Below are positions 9,780 through 19,931 of a stretch of DNA of 64,000 bases, piece by piece. Position 1 is the first letter of the stretch. The number at the start of each line of letters is the position of its first letter. The DNA is from Bdellovibrionales bacterium GWB1_55_8 (GTDB lineage Bacteria; Bdellovibrionota; UBA1018). The DNA lies in the NCBI GenBank assembly GCA_001769835.1, contig MEPR01000025.1:5442-69441 (forward strand), written 5' to 3'. Both the position numbers and the translations under genes were made by a program. The notes under the pieces were generated by a model. It had not been told where the DNA came from, made no database searches, and saw only the letters and a list, made by a program, of their open reading frames with translations.

Positions 9780-10972
9780 AAATTCCGATCGATCGATCTT
9801 TACTGAATCATCCTGAATCGCTCAGGAAGTTCGTCGCGCCGGAGTTTGTCTTCGGAATCGGAGCAAGGCTCATTGTCGCCCGATATGCGGCTAATCTGGG
9901 CTCGACGAAGATCCTGGTCGTCAGCGATCCGGGAGTCGTGGAGGCCGGATGGACTCGTGAGCTGAACGGATGCCTCAGCGAAGCGGGGTTCCCGCTGGCT
10001 GTCTACTCGGAAGTTTCGTCCAACCCTCCTGCGGAACAGGTGATGGCAGGCGCCGAAATCTTTTTCAGGGAGCGATGCAACGCGATTGTTGCGGTGGGTG
10101 GCGGAAGCCCGATGGACTGCGCAAAAGGGATCGGGATTGTTGTCGCTCAGGAAAAACACATTCTCGATTTCGAGGGCGTCGACAAGGTCTCGATGCCAAT
10201 CGCGCCCCTGATCTGCATCCCGACGACAGGAGGGAGCTCTGCCGACGTCTCGCAGTTCGCGATCATCACGAACCGCGAAGCCCAGGCGAAGATCGCGATT
10301 GTCAGCAAGGCCATCGTTCCGGATATTGCGCTGATCGATCCGGCGACGCTCATCACCATGCCGCATGAGATCGCTGCTGCTACCGGAATGGACGCCCTGA
10401 CGCATGCGTTTGAAGCCTATGCGTCAAACGCCCAGTCTCCAGTGACGGACCTGCTCGCAATTGAGGCCGTGCGCCTGCTTTTTCATTTTCTGCCTTTGTC
10501 CGTTCGTGAGCTGAGTAATCTGGAGTACAAAACGCAGGTGATGCTTGCCAGCCTCAATGCCGGGCTTGCGTTCTCGAATGCAAGCCTGGGTGCCGTTCAT
10601 GCCATGGCGCATGCCATCGGTGGGCTGCGAAATGTTGCCCACGGCGAGGCTAACTCCATCCTGCTTCCGCATGTTGTGCGCTACAACTTCAGCGCGATCC
10701 CGGGTCGCTACCGCAAACTTGCGGAAGCCTCGGGTTTTGATCCCCATGAGCTGGGCCGTATGAGTGATGACGATGTGAAGGAGGCGCTGGTGGCGAGAAT
10801 CATCTCCTTGCAGGAAAACTTGAGTGCGCCGCGACGGCTCAGGGCTTTCGGGGTGAAGAATGAAGACCTGCCGAAGCTTGCCGAGACCGCGATGCGAGAT
10901 GCATGCATGGCGACGAATCCACGCGAGCCCACCATCCAAGAGGTAGAGCGGATGTATGAAACCGCACTCTGA
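9776..10972 (+). CDS. ercA: Iron-containing alcohol dehydrogenase, ErcA-like regulatory type
   Basis: GGGSPMDCAKG, IPTTGGSSADVSQF (typical of ErcA-like members), metal ligands DALTH, HAMAH, HG; overlaps an ErcS-like kinase. Confidence 0.8.
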   Translation: MKIPIDRSLLNHPESLRKFVAPEFVFGIGARLIVARYAANLGSTKILVVSDPGVVEAGWTRELNGCLSEAGFPLAVYSEVSSNPPAEQVMAGAEIFFRERCNAIVAVGGGSPMDCAKGIGIVVAQEKHILDFEGVDKVSMPIAPLICIPTTGGSSADVSQFAIITNREAQAKIAIVSKAIVPDIALIDPATLITMPHEIAAATGMDALTHAFEAYASNAQSPVTDLLAIEAVRLLFHFLPLSVRELSNLEYKTQVMLASLNAGLAFSNASLGAVHAMAHAIGGLRNVAHGEANSILLPHVVRYNFSAIPGRYRKLAEASGFDPHELGRMSDDDVKEALVARIISLQENLSAPRRLRAFGVKNEDLPKLAETAMRDACMATNPREPTIQEVERMYETAL

Positions 10973-12167
10973 AAGAAGTTCATCCGGGATTGGGCGCGAC
11001 TTCCGGCGACAACGCGAGCAGATCATCGGCTTGGGTGAAAAGTCGTTCAAGAAAACCTATTTTCCAGAACTCCAGCGACGTCTGGCGGAGCTTGAGCGTT
11101 TCAGACTCCTGATCGAACAAACCGGTGAGGCCATTTTCCTTTTTCGTGTTCCGGACGCTGGCATGATCGACGTCAATCGAGCGGCCTGCCTGTTCACGGG
11201 ATTAAGCAAGGAGGAGCTGCTTGCCACGTCTATTACCGAGCTTTGGGACTCCGGCTCGGCGGAACAAATCTCACGATTGCTGGCTGATCCGGACAGTGCG
11301 ATAGGACGTACCACGGCGATCATCGGGGCTCTTCGAGGCCCCGAAGCGCACCAACAGGCCGTCGAAACGACCTTTCAGTTGGCTTCCCTGGAAGATGGAA
11401 AGTACGCCGTCGCGGTGGCGCGGGATATCGCCGTACGGAAAAGAGCGGAGGAAGCTCTACTGGTAGCAAAGGAGCGCGCTGAACGAGCGGACCGCGCGAA
11501 AAGCGAATTTCTGAATATCGCCTCCCACGAGCTGCGAACGCCGATCACCTCGGCCACTTTGCTGCTCGAGCTATTGAAAAAGCAATTGGCTGCCGGGCAG
11601 ACCGTGACGACAATGACAACGATCGATCGGATGCGGCGCCAGCTCGATCATCTGGCATCGATGGTTTTCGATATGATCGACATTTCGCGACTCGAGCGGG
11701 GAACTTTGAGTATCCGGCGCGAGCAGGGCGATATCGTGCGACTTGTGCACGATGTCGTGGAGTCTTTCCGTCTCCGGACGAAGGATCATGAAGTCGTGTT
11801 CAATGAACCATTGGAAGCGATAACAGTCGATGTGGATCCTGTTCGTATCGCGCAGGTCCTCGACAATTTCCTCGATAATGCGGGCAAGTACAGTCCTTCT
11901 GGTGCGCCGATTCTGGTGAAATGTCAGACAGACAGAGGCAAGGTGCGTATTTCAGTGAGTGACCAAGGTGAAGGGATTTCAGACGAAGAACTTCAGTATA
12001 TATTCAAGCGATTCTTCAGGAGTAACAGCGACATTGTTCGAAGGAACGCCGGGCTCGGACTTGGCCTCTATATCTCAAAAGAGATAGTGGAACTTCATGG
12101 AGGACAGATTTTCGTCGAGACGGCTCCCGGCGCGGGGAGTACGTTTTCTTTTGAGATTCCGATCTGA
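10956..12167 (+). CDS. PAS-domain sensor histidine kinase with ErcS-like N-terminus
   Basis: N-terminal IIGLGEKSFKKTYFPELQRRLAELE, PAS domain, H-box SHELRTP, N-box LDNAGKY, G-boxes DQGEGI and GLGLGL. Confidence 0.92.
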   Translation: MKPHSERSSSGIGRDFRRQREQIIGLGEKSFKKTYFPELQRRLAELERFRLLIEQTGEAIFLFRVPDAGMIDVNRAACLFTGLSKEELLATSITELWDSGSAEQISRLLADPDSAIGRTTAIIGALRGPEAHQQAVETTFQLASLEDGKYAVAVARDIAVRKRAEEALLVAKERAERADRAKSEFLNIASHELRTPITSATLLLELLKKQLAAGQTVTTMTTIDRMRRQLDHLASMVFDMIDISRLERGTLSIRREQGDIVRLVHDVVESFRLRTKDHEVVFNEPLEAITVDVDPVRIAQVLDNFLDNAGKYSPSGAPILVKCQTDRGKVRISVSDQGEGISDEELQYIFKRFFRSNSDIVRRNAGLGLGLYISKEIVELHGGQIFVETAPGAGSTFSFEIPI

Positions 12168-12183
12168 TGGGATACTGAGTCGA

Positions 12184-12957
12184 TCATAACCCTGCGTACC
12201 AATCGTAACCTCGTTCAGCCCAATAATCGCGGGGGCGTGTGCCTGAGAAATAGATTTGTCCAACCTTCTTCAAGCTCTTGATTCCATATTTAACCGGAAT
12301 CAGAAGGCGAAGAGGGGCACCATGCGCTTGCGAGAGCGGAATTCCGTTCATTTCATAGGCCAGGATTGTTTGAGGGTGAAGCATGCTTTCGATGTCAATC
12401 GAGACGTAGTAGCCCTGGTCGGGGGTCTCGAGCGCGACGTAGGGCGGCAGGATCCCTGGGACGCCATTCAAATAAAGATCTGGATAGAGGGCCGAGAGGA
12501 AATCTGAAAAACGTATTCCTGCATAGGACATCTTTTCCGTCCAGCCCTCGATGCATTTGAATTCAGTCGTTGTCTCGGTTCGGGGTAAAGTTTTCAACAT
12601 TTCCATCGAGAAACTGCGCCGAACCACTGAGCGTGCTTCACTGAGTACTTCGAGTCTCCATTCCGTGGTTGAGGAGGAGGAATCAAGGCCAAGTTTGCCG
12701 TTTTCGCGAATGGGTTGCCCGACGGGAGGGGTTTCGGGCTGAACCGTCAGGCGGTTTCGATCGAAAAGTGCTCGCCCGAGCTTTTCATTGAATCGCAGCA
12801 TTTGCCGGAGTGGCCACGGGGTCCCGTTGTTTTCTTCCTGTTTCCAAAGCCAGCGCCAGGCACCCACCCCAAGTGCGGATGCCAGAATGCCTGTGATAAG
12901 GCTTCGACGAGTCCTCCTGTGAATCTCAGCTTCGAGGAGGTCTTTATCCTTTTGCAT
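12184..12957 (-). CDS. Molybdopterin-dependent oxidoreductase (sulfite oxidase/MsrP-like family)
   Basis: Twin-arginine-like TRRSLI, Moco-ligand CIEGW, LAYEMNG..L...HGAPLRLLIPVKYGIKSLK. Confidence 0.9.
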   Translation of the reverse strand: MQKDKDLLEAEIHRRTRRSLITGILASALGVGAWRWLWKQEENNGTPWPLRQMLRFNEKLGRALFDRNRLTVQPETPPVGQPIRENGKLGLDSSSSTTEWRLEVLSEARSVVRRSFSMEMLKTLPRTETTTEFKCIEGWTEKMSYAGIRFSDFLSALYPDLYLNGVPGILPPYVALETPDQGYYVSIDIESMLHPQTILAYEMNGIPLSQAHGAPLRLLIPVKYGIKSLKKVGQIYFSGTRPRDYWAERGYDWYAGL

Positions 12958-13582
12958 TATTTTTCACCTCAAAGCCCGCGAGCATGGATCGGAGATTGTT
13001 CCAACCTGCGCGCAGGACCTGGATCACGTGGATTATGAAAAAAACGGCATACCCCAAAGCAAGAACGAAATGAATGAGCCGAGCGGTCTCGTATCCGCCG
13101 AAAGCAGTACGAATGATATCGAGTTGAACGGGTTTGTAGATTGCGAGCCCAGATAGAATCGAGATCGTCCCCATCAACAGAATACAGGTGTAAGCCACCC
13201 GTTGTGCGGCGTTGAATTTCCCTCGGATCGGCGGTGAAGTTCCCCAACCTAAATCAGCTGTGAAAGTCGACGGAAGTTCACGCCAGGCTTTTCGATCGGG
13301 GGTGATGTGGCGCCACTCACCGGTTACCGCCAGGTAAACCGCGTGCACGAGCCCGTTCAACAGGAATGGCCACATGAAAAAGAAGTGCACGGCCATGCCT
13401 TTGGCCAGCTTATGATCAATGCGGAAGAACTCGTAAAACCATTCGGGGAAAAAAGGACGATAAACGTCGTTTGCCCAGTAGATCCAGATTCCGCTCCAAA
13501 GCATTACCGACAGGAGGGGAAAGTTCAGCCAGTGTGTCCAGCGGATCCATCTTGAATGCTTCTCGATCAGGCGCCGCCTCAT
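12944..13582 (-). CDS. Cytochrome b/b6-domain membrane partner (PhsC/YdhU-like)
   Basis: HS..IRWTHWLN, MAVHFFF, ARLIHF heme-ligand histidines, FNAAQRVAY; four TM helices. Confidence 0.88.
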   Translation of the reverse strand: MRRRLIEKHSRWIRWTHWLNFPLLSVMLWSGIWIYWANDVYRPFFPEWFYEFFRIDHKLAKGMAVHFFFMWPFLLNGLVHAVYLAVTGEWRHITPDRKAWRELPSTFTADLGWGTSPPIRGKFNAAQRVAYTCILLMGTISILSGLAIYKPVQLDIIRTAFGGYETARLIHFVLALGYAVFFIIHVIQVLRAGWNNLRSMLAGFEVKNNAKG

Positions 13583-13630
13583 GATGAGGCGTGGGTTATC
13601 ATGGAGAACCTATGCAGACAATCACGAGGT

Positions 13631-13831
13631 CTATTCAGCGAAATGGTTGAAAATGAGCTTCGCCGCGGAGCTTAACGCGCTGATGGAAAGCACAATCCTC
13701 AAAACGTGGAAGCTGAATCCCATTTTCTCGGACATCCGGTCGATGAGGTTCAACTCCCAACCATTGCCGGTTTTTAGAATGGAGATCTCCTGAGGAACTT
13801 CGTCTTTCGGGGACAAGGGTGCGTGCGCCAT
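13631..13831 (-). CDS. Possible small membrane-associated hypothetical protein
   Basis: 66-aa ORF in an otherwise empty 270-bp gap, co-oriented with neighbours, hydrophobic C-terminus; weak RBS. Confidence 0.3.
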   Translation of the reverse strand: MAHAPLSPKDEVPQEISILKTGNGWELNLIDRMSEKMGFSFHVLRIVLSISALSSAAKLIFNHFAE

Positions 13832-13855
13832 TCAAACTGCCTGCGGGCGCGGGAT

Positions 13856-14617
13856 TTAGTCCTTGCTGAGCTTCCGCAGAAACGGCGCGATGATGTCCAT
13901 CGGCAGCGGGATAATCGTGTTTGTCGTGTGCTCGCTCGACATTTCCCGAAGCGTCTGCAGATAGCGAAGCTGGAGAGAGATCGGCTGCTTCTCCATCACA
14001 GCGGCGGCTTCAGACAGCTTCTGAGAAGCCTGCAGTTCGCCCTCGGCGGCGATGACCTTGGCGCGGCGTTCGCGCTCGGCTTCTGCCTGGCGCGCCATTG
14101 CACGCTGCATTTCAATCGGAAGATCGATCTGTTTCACTTCAACGTTGGCAACCTTCACACCCCACGGTTCCGTCTGGGCGTCAAGAATGGTCTGAAGGCG
14201 ATGATTGATCGCTTCGCGGGAGGCGAGGAGCTCATCGAGTTCCACCTGACCCAAGACCGAGCGAAGAGTGGTTTGAGCCAGCTTTGACGTGGCGAGAAGA
14301 TAGTTTTCAACTTCAACTACGGCGCGGTTCGGGTTCACGACTCGGAAGTAGACGACGGCGTTCACCTTGATGGTGACGTTGTCCCGGCTGATGGCGTCCT
14401 GAGGCGGAACATCGAGCGTGATCGTACGCAGATCCACGCGGAGCATCCGGTCGATGATCGGAATCAGAATGATCAGACCCGGTCCTTTGGCTCCGATGAT
14501 TCGGCCGAGGCGGAAGATGACGCCTCGTTCGTACTCATTGAGAACTTTCACGCTCATCGCGAGGAATGCGACGCCAAGAACCACGATGAAGAAAAAACTT
14601 CCTGAGATGGCTTCCAT
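13856..14617 (-). CDS. Slipin/stomatin (SPFH, band 7) family protein
   Basis: [49 protein letters not shown]. Confidence 0.95.
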   Translation of the reverse strand: MEAISGSFFFIVVLGVAFLAMSVKVLNEYERGVIFRLGRIIGAKGPGLIILIPIIDRMLRVDLRTITLDVPPQDAISRDNVTIKVNAVVYFRVVNPNRAVVEVENYLLATSKLAQTTLRSVLGQVELDELLASREAINHRLQTILDAQTEPWGVKVANVEVKQIDLPIEMQRAMARQAEAERERRAKVIAAEGELQASQKLSEAAAVMEKQPISLQLRYLQTLREMSSEHTTNTIIPLPMDIIAPFLRKLSKD

Positions 14618-14670
14618 GAGATCTGACCTCCGTTAATTCCGTTGTAACGACTGCGAGTTAAGCATGAAAC

Positions 14671-15249
14671 TCAGAGTTTTTCTTTAGAAATTTTGATGCC
14701 GAGTTCCGCTGCAACGAGTTGGAGGTCCGCCCATGCTTCACGCTTGGAACTCGGATTACGGAGAAGGTAACCCGGGTGAAACGTGGGCATGAGCCGGGCT
14801 CCACGAAACGAATGAAATCGTCCGCGAAGGTCTGAAATGGCAGTTTCAGTTTTAAGGAGGGTCTGTGAAGCGAACTTGCCGAGGGAAAGGATCACCTGCG
14901 GCCGGACCGTTTCGATCTCCTCTAGAAGCTGTTGAGAGCAGGCCTGGGTTTCCGCTTCGGTCGGGGCTCTGTCATCCGCAGGGCGGCACTTCACGATCGC
15001 GGTGATATAGACCTGGTCCCGCTTAAGCCCGATCGCCTCAATCATTTTAGTGAGGAGCTGACCCGCATCGCCGACCAGTGGGCGGCCTTCGATTTCTTCT
15101 TGCGCATTGGGCACATCGGTCACCAGCATCAGGCGGGCGTTCTTCGGGCCGTTTCCTTGAACCGCTTTGGCGCTGTTTGAAGAAAGACCGCAGGACGAGC
15201 AGGGTTTTTCCTGCGTTGACGGCACTGCCTGCTTTGGCCGCTTCGCCAT
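14671..15249 (-). CDS. Uracil-DNA glycosylase family-4-like protein with altered active-site motifs
   Basis: 4Fe-4S Cys (CSSC, KCRP, C), HPGYLLRNP motif B; start placed at MAKRPK (the ORF track extends to 15315). Confidence 0.88.
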   Translation of the reverse strand: MAKRPKQAVPSTQEKPCSSCGLSSNSAKAVQGNGPKNARLMLVTDVPNAQEEIEGRPLVGDAGQLLTKMIEAIGLKRDQVYITAIVKCRPADDRAPTEAETQACSQQLLEEIETVRPQVILSLGKFASQTLLKTETAISDLRGRFHSFRGARLMPTFHPGYLLRNPSSKREAWADLQLVAAELGIKISKEKL

Positions 15250-15396
15250 GACAATGGCGCGGGAAGGTAAAAAGGGAAGCCAGGTGGATGCTGCTGTGCG
15301 TCTGTTTTCGGTCATAACGAGATGACCTACGGTTACGCGATTCAGTCGGGGATGTAAATGGCCGGATGGAGATGAGTTTCTGACTAATTTAGTTCA

Positions 15397-15633
15397 TTAA
15401 TGCAGGCGATGGGTGACCTGCCGGGTTTTGATCCCGCATTCAATGCACTTCGCGGATTCCTGGGTCAGGTTGTGCGAAAAATTCGTGACGTGCATGAAGT
15501 GGAGGTTAGCACCGCAAAGCGCGCAATGAGTGTAACGCTCAATTACGTCCTTTGCGGTGCCACAGAATTGAGAGCACGCTTCTTCCACAGGAATTTCTGT
15601 CTCTGCCGTGGCTATCTCGTGTCTCTCGTCCAT
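15397..15633 (-). CDS. Small Zn-ribbon hypothetical protein
   Basis: CALCG..x22..CIECG pairs; RBS GGAGG upstream. Confidence 0.7.
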   Translation of the reverse strand: MDERHEIATAETEIPVEEACSQFCGTAKDVIERYTHCALCGANLHFMHVTNFSHNLTQESAKCIECGIKTRQVTHRLH

Positions 15634-15804
15634 GTTTTGCCTCCATGTCGCGGGCCAAGTGTGGTTGTGGACCGCGCGGGGCCAATCGAGCCCCGCTTAC
15701 ATGAGACCTTTCGGACGCATTTGGATTCCTCTAAACGGGAAAAATTTGCCCAAAAACAATCGCGCTAGCCTGGAGCGCAATGCTTGTTCATAATCAAATG
15801 ACGC

Positions 15805-17121
15805 ATGATGCGTCTCGTATTCGGGGGAAGGATTCTCCCTATCAGAAGCGATGTTTTCATCGCAACAATTGCAGCCGTCGCATCTTGCGTCGCAATCCTG
15901 TTTGAACTCCCACCCGCCCTTGCGTCGCCGGTTCCGCCGGAGCGAGGTTTCGCGCAGAAACGCCGCGTTCGGGTGCGTCTGATGGATGCCGTTTCTGAGT
16001 TTCGGGTCAGGGGACTCGATCTCAAGGTCAGCAACAGCATTGCACGGAAAAATCTGAAGGCCGACCTCACGAGTGAGTGGGTTTTCAAATGCGTTCGAGG
16101 CGCGGTCCATGCGCAGCAGCTGGCGGGGGTCGGAAAACAAAACCGCTCTTTTATACTTGGGGCTCAGGCAGAGGTTCGAACGCCGGCTGGCTTCCTTCTG
16201 ATCAATGGGCGTCCTTATCGCGAAGAGATCCGTCTCTATGCCGGGCGCCGCGGGTGCGAGGTGGTGAATCACCTCGATCTGGAAAAATATCTGGATGGCC
16301 TGGTAAATGCCGAGTTTTCAGCGCGATGGAGCGAAGAGGCGATCGCCGCCCAGGTCGTGGCCGCGCGTACTTACGCCATTTATCAGATGAATCACTATCG
16401 AAAACGCCACTATGATGTCGAATCTGATGTCACCGATCAGGTCTATGGGGGATCGGCAATCGAGGATTTCCGGGCTTCGCGCGTCGTGGCCAAAAGCCAG
16501 GGTCTGATTCTGACCACCGGTTCGCCACGGAATTTCAAACCGCTGAAGGCTTTTTATCATTCGACCTGCGGAGGCGCGACCGAACTTCCTCAAAAGGTGT
16601 GGGGAAAACCTCATCCCGGTTTTCAAACAGGAGTTCAGTGCAAGTTCTGCCAAAGTTCACCGAAATTCAGATGGCAAGTCACTTTGGGATCGCCTGACGT
16701 CGTCCGTGCGTTCATTCGCGGGATGAAGTCACGGACGATGCCAAAAACCTGGCCAAAGGATGCCCTCCGATGGATTGAAAAAGGCAAATTGATCGGTCTG
16801 GCGGCAGATCGCGTGAATGCCAGCGGACGCGTGGAGCAGGTTTCATCCCTCTGGACGCTGGGAGACAAGGCTCTGCGCCTTTCATTGCCGGGTTCGCGTT
16901 TCCGATCGTGGCTCGGAACAACACAGATCCAAAGCGCTGCTTTCCGCGCGGTCGCGGTCCAGGGGACGCGCGATCTGAAGTGGCTTTTCGAAGGACGCGG
17001 CTATGGCCACGGCGTCGGAATGTGCCAATGGGGCGCCAAGGTGATGGGTGAAAAAGGCTTTTCCATGGCCCAGATCCTCAAGCACTACTATCCGGGCGCA
17101 GTCCTTCGCAAAGTGTGGTAA
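15805..17121 (+). CDS. SpoIID/LytB domain protein (lytic transglycosylase-like)
   Basis: VVNHLDLEKYLDGLVNAE, AQVVAARTYA, SDVTDQVYGG, FYHSTCGG, GRGYGHGVGMCQWGA. Confidence 0.93.
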   Translation: MMRLVFGGRILPIRSDVFIATIAAVASCVAILFELPPALASPVPPERGFAQKRRVRVRLMDAVSEFRVRGLDLKVSNSIARKNLKADLTSEWVFKCVRGAVHAQQLAGVGKQNRSFILGAQAEVRTPAGFLLINGRPYREEIRLYAGRRGCEVVNHLDLEKYLDGLVNAEFSARWSEEAIAAQVVAARTYAIYQMNHYRKRHYDVESDVTDQVYGGSAIEDFRASRVVAKSQGLILTTGSPRNFKPLKAFYHSTCGGATELPQKVWGKPHPGFQTGVQCKFCQSSPKFRWQVTLGSPDVVRAFIRGMKSRTMPKTWPKDALRWIEKGKLIGLAADRVNASGRVEQVSSLWTLGDKALRLSLPGSRFRSWLGTTQIQSAAFRAVAVQGTRDLKWLFEGRGYGHGVGMCQWGAKVMGEKGFSMAQILKHYYPGAVLRKVW

Positions 17122-17131
17122 CCCAAGCTCC

Positions 17132-18238
<1,107 letters not shown>

Positions 18239-18242
18239 AGTA

Positions 18243-18821
18243 TCAGATCACACTGCCGACCGGACGTTTGCCGATTCGGGTCAGGACGGTCGTGCGAAAG
18301 CGCACCCAAGGCGCGTGAACGGCTCGTTCCGCTTGCACGCTGAATTCCGGGGTGATCGGAAGCTTTCGTACCCAGGCCTGCGCCTGCGCTATGGCTTCGT
18401 CAACGAGAGCCGTGCTGGCATCCGGCTCGGATCCCGGTACGCTCTGGATCCGGGAATTCAGATCAAGCGGGCTTTCGATGAATGCTCTGTAGTGCGGGTA
18501 GGCCCAAAGATAAAATTCCAGAACAGAAGGAAGCTTCATGTCCCGAACAGCCGATTCCAGCTCGGAATAGGCTGATGAGGCCGTATGGATTCCGCGAACC
18601 TTGGGCCGGACAAAAGATCCCGCAGGGGGGGGAACTGGTTTCGGCTGACTTTCGTCCTCTTCGGATCTTTCGATCATCTCGATCAAGATATCTTCACCGA
18701 AAAGCGCGGCAAGGCGCTGAAGTGCCTGGGCATGTGTTTCGAGCAACAAAATCAGGAAATCTACAAGTCTCACAGCAGGAGAATAACCTAGGTGCCGCTC
18801 GGCGGAAAGAGAAGCTTCCAT
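18243..18821 (-). CDS. Hypothetical protein
   Basis: 192-aa ORF overlapping the upstream ORF, helical composition, no recognised motif. Confidence 0.6.
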   Translation of the reverse strand: MEASLSAERHLGYSPAVRLVDFLILLLETHAQALQRLAALFGEDILIEMIERSEEDESQPKPVPPPAGSFVRPKVRGIHTASSAYSELESAVRDMKLPSVLEFYLWAYPHYRAFIESPLDLNSRIQSVPGSEPDASTALVDEAIAQAQAWVRKLPITPEFSVQAERAVHAPWVRFRTTVLTRIGKRPVGSVI

Positions 18822-19435
18822 TCAGGCGCTTCTGAAATGTGATTTTGCGCAGTAGCCCTGCGGATCACGATCCAGCGACCGCGCCAATTTCGTCGATCGC
18901 TCGCTGGATTGGAATCAGCCTCAACGAACAGGACCAGTCCCTCCGGCCAGAGCCGTTTTTTAAGGTCTTCATGCCATGTTTCAACAATTTCCAGCGGGAG
19001 TTCGGCTACCACGCTCCAGAAAACCCAACTCAGTCGGAAGGCTTCTTCCACGAGTTTGCGTTCCCAGAGTCGATCCGGGCGATTCAGTTTTTTTATGCCT
19101 CCGAGCTTTTCAACAAGAGTCGGCGGAAGTTCGCGGTTTGGAACAGGTGCCACCGGTGTGACCTCCGCGGGCAGCCCACAGGTAAGCCAGTTTTCCAGCT
19201 CTTTACCCGTGGCGGGGAACGAGCGCGCCGCTTCCATTTTTACAATTCGTGTTTCCACTTCTTCGATCGAGCTGATTAGGTTCTGGTTCTGCGTCGCCAA
19301 GCCCTCGGAGCGAAGCGCGTGTAGACGTCCGATGAGATCCCGGAGAAGAGAGAGTCTGAGTACGGAATTGTCGGAACAGGCGGCGCAGCTATCCCACCCC
19401 ACAGCAGTTTTTCCGATCAGCTCAGCTGCTTTCAT
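18788..19435 (-). CDS. Hypothetical protein (Trp-rich, CxxC near the N-terminus)
   Basis: 215-aa ORF coupled to both neighbours by short overlaps. Confidence 0.6.
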   Translation of the reverse strand: MKAAELIGKTAVGWDSCAACSDNSVLRLSLLRDLIGRLHALRSEGLATQNQNLISSIEEVETRIVKMEAARSFPATGKELENWLTCGLPAEVTPVAPVPNRELPPTLVEKLGGIKKLNRPDRLWERKLVEEAFRLSWVFWSVVAELPLEIVETWHEDLKKRLWPEGLVLFVEADSNPASDRRNWRGRWIVIRRATAQNHISEAPEWKLLFPPSGT

Positions 19436-19931
19436 CGTCAGTCGAGCGGAGAATGGGTTGCGAGCTGCCAGGTGTACGCCGGAAATTGGAAGCTTTTTGA
19501 GTGGTGCGGATTTCAGGTGCCCGGGTCGGAGCGAATTTATCCGACTCCTGGCGGATGGGAGCGGGAGAGGGTCTCAGGCCTGAGGAGCGCTCCAGGCGCA
19601 ACAAGGCCTCTATCAGCTGCCGGTCACGAAGGGCGGGCGTGTACTCGGGGCGCGATGTCGAAAATTTCCTTGGTGTTGCGATCTCAGGTATCTCAGCCCG
19701 CGTTTCGAGGCCGGGTTGCGGCATGGCCGCACTTGGCTGAGTTTCAGCGGGTGCTTGTTCGAGGGGAAGAATACTTTCGGTCGCCAGTTTTTCGAGCTGG
19801 CCCAGCCATCCCAGGGCGGCGATTGTCTCATTGAGACTCTGAGAGCAAGTTTTCGGCTCCACAAGCTCGGAGTGCGACAGGAGGTGGGCCGCAGGAGTCA
19901 GCGGGACCGCAGGTCCTAATGCACGATCCAT
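19422..19931 (-). CDS. Hypothetical, largely disordered Pro/Ser-rich protein
   Basis: 169-aa ORF overlapping both neighbours by 14-16 nt. Confidence 0.5.
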   Translation of the reverse strand: MDRALGPAVPLTPAAHLLSHSELVEPKTCSQSLNETIAALGWLGQLEKLATESILPLEQAPAETQPSAAMPQPGLETRAEIPEIATPRKFSTSRPEYTPALRDRQLIEALLRLERSSGLRPSPAPIRQESDKFAPTRAPEIRTTQKASNFRRTPGSSQPILRSTDDESS

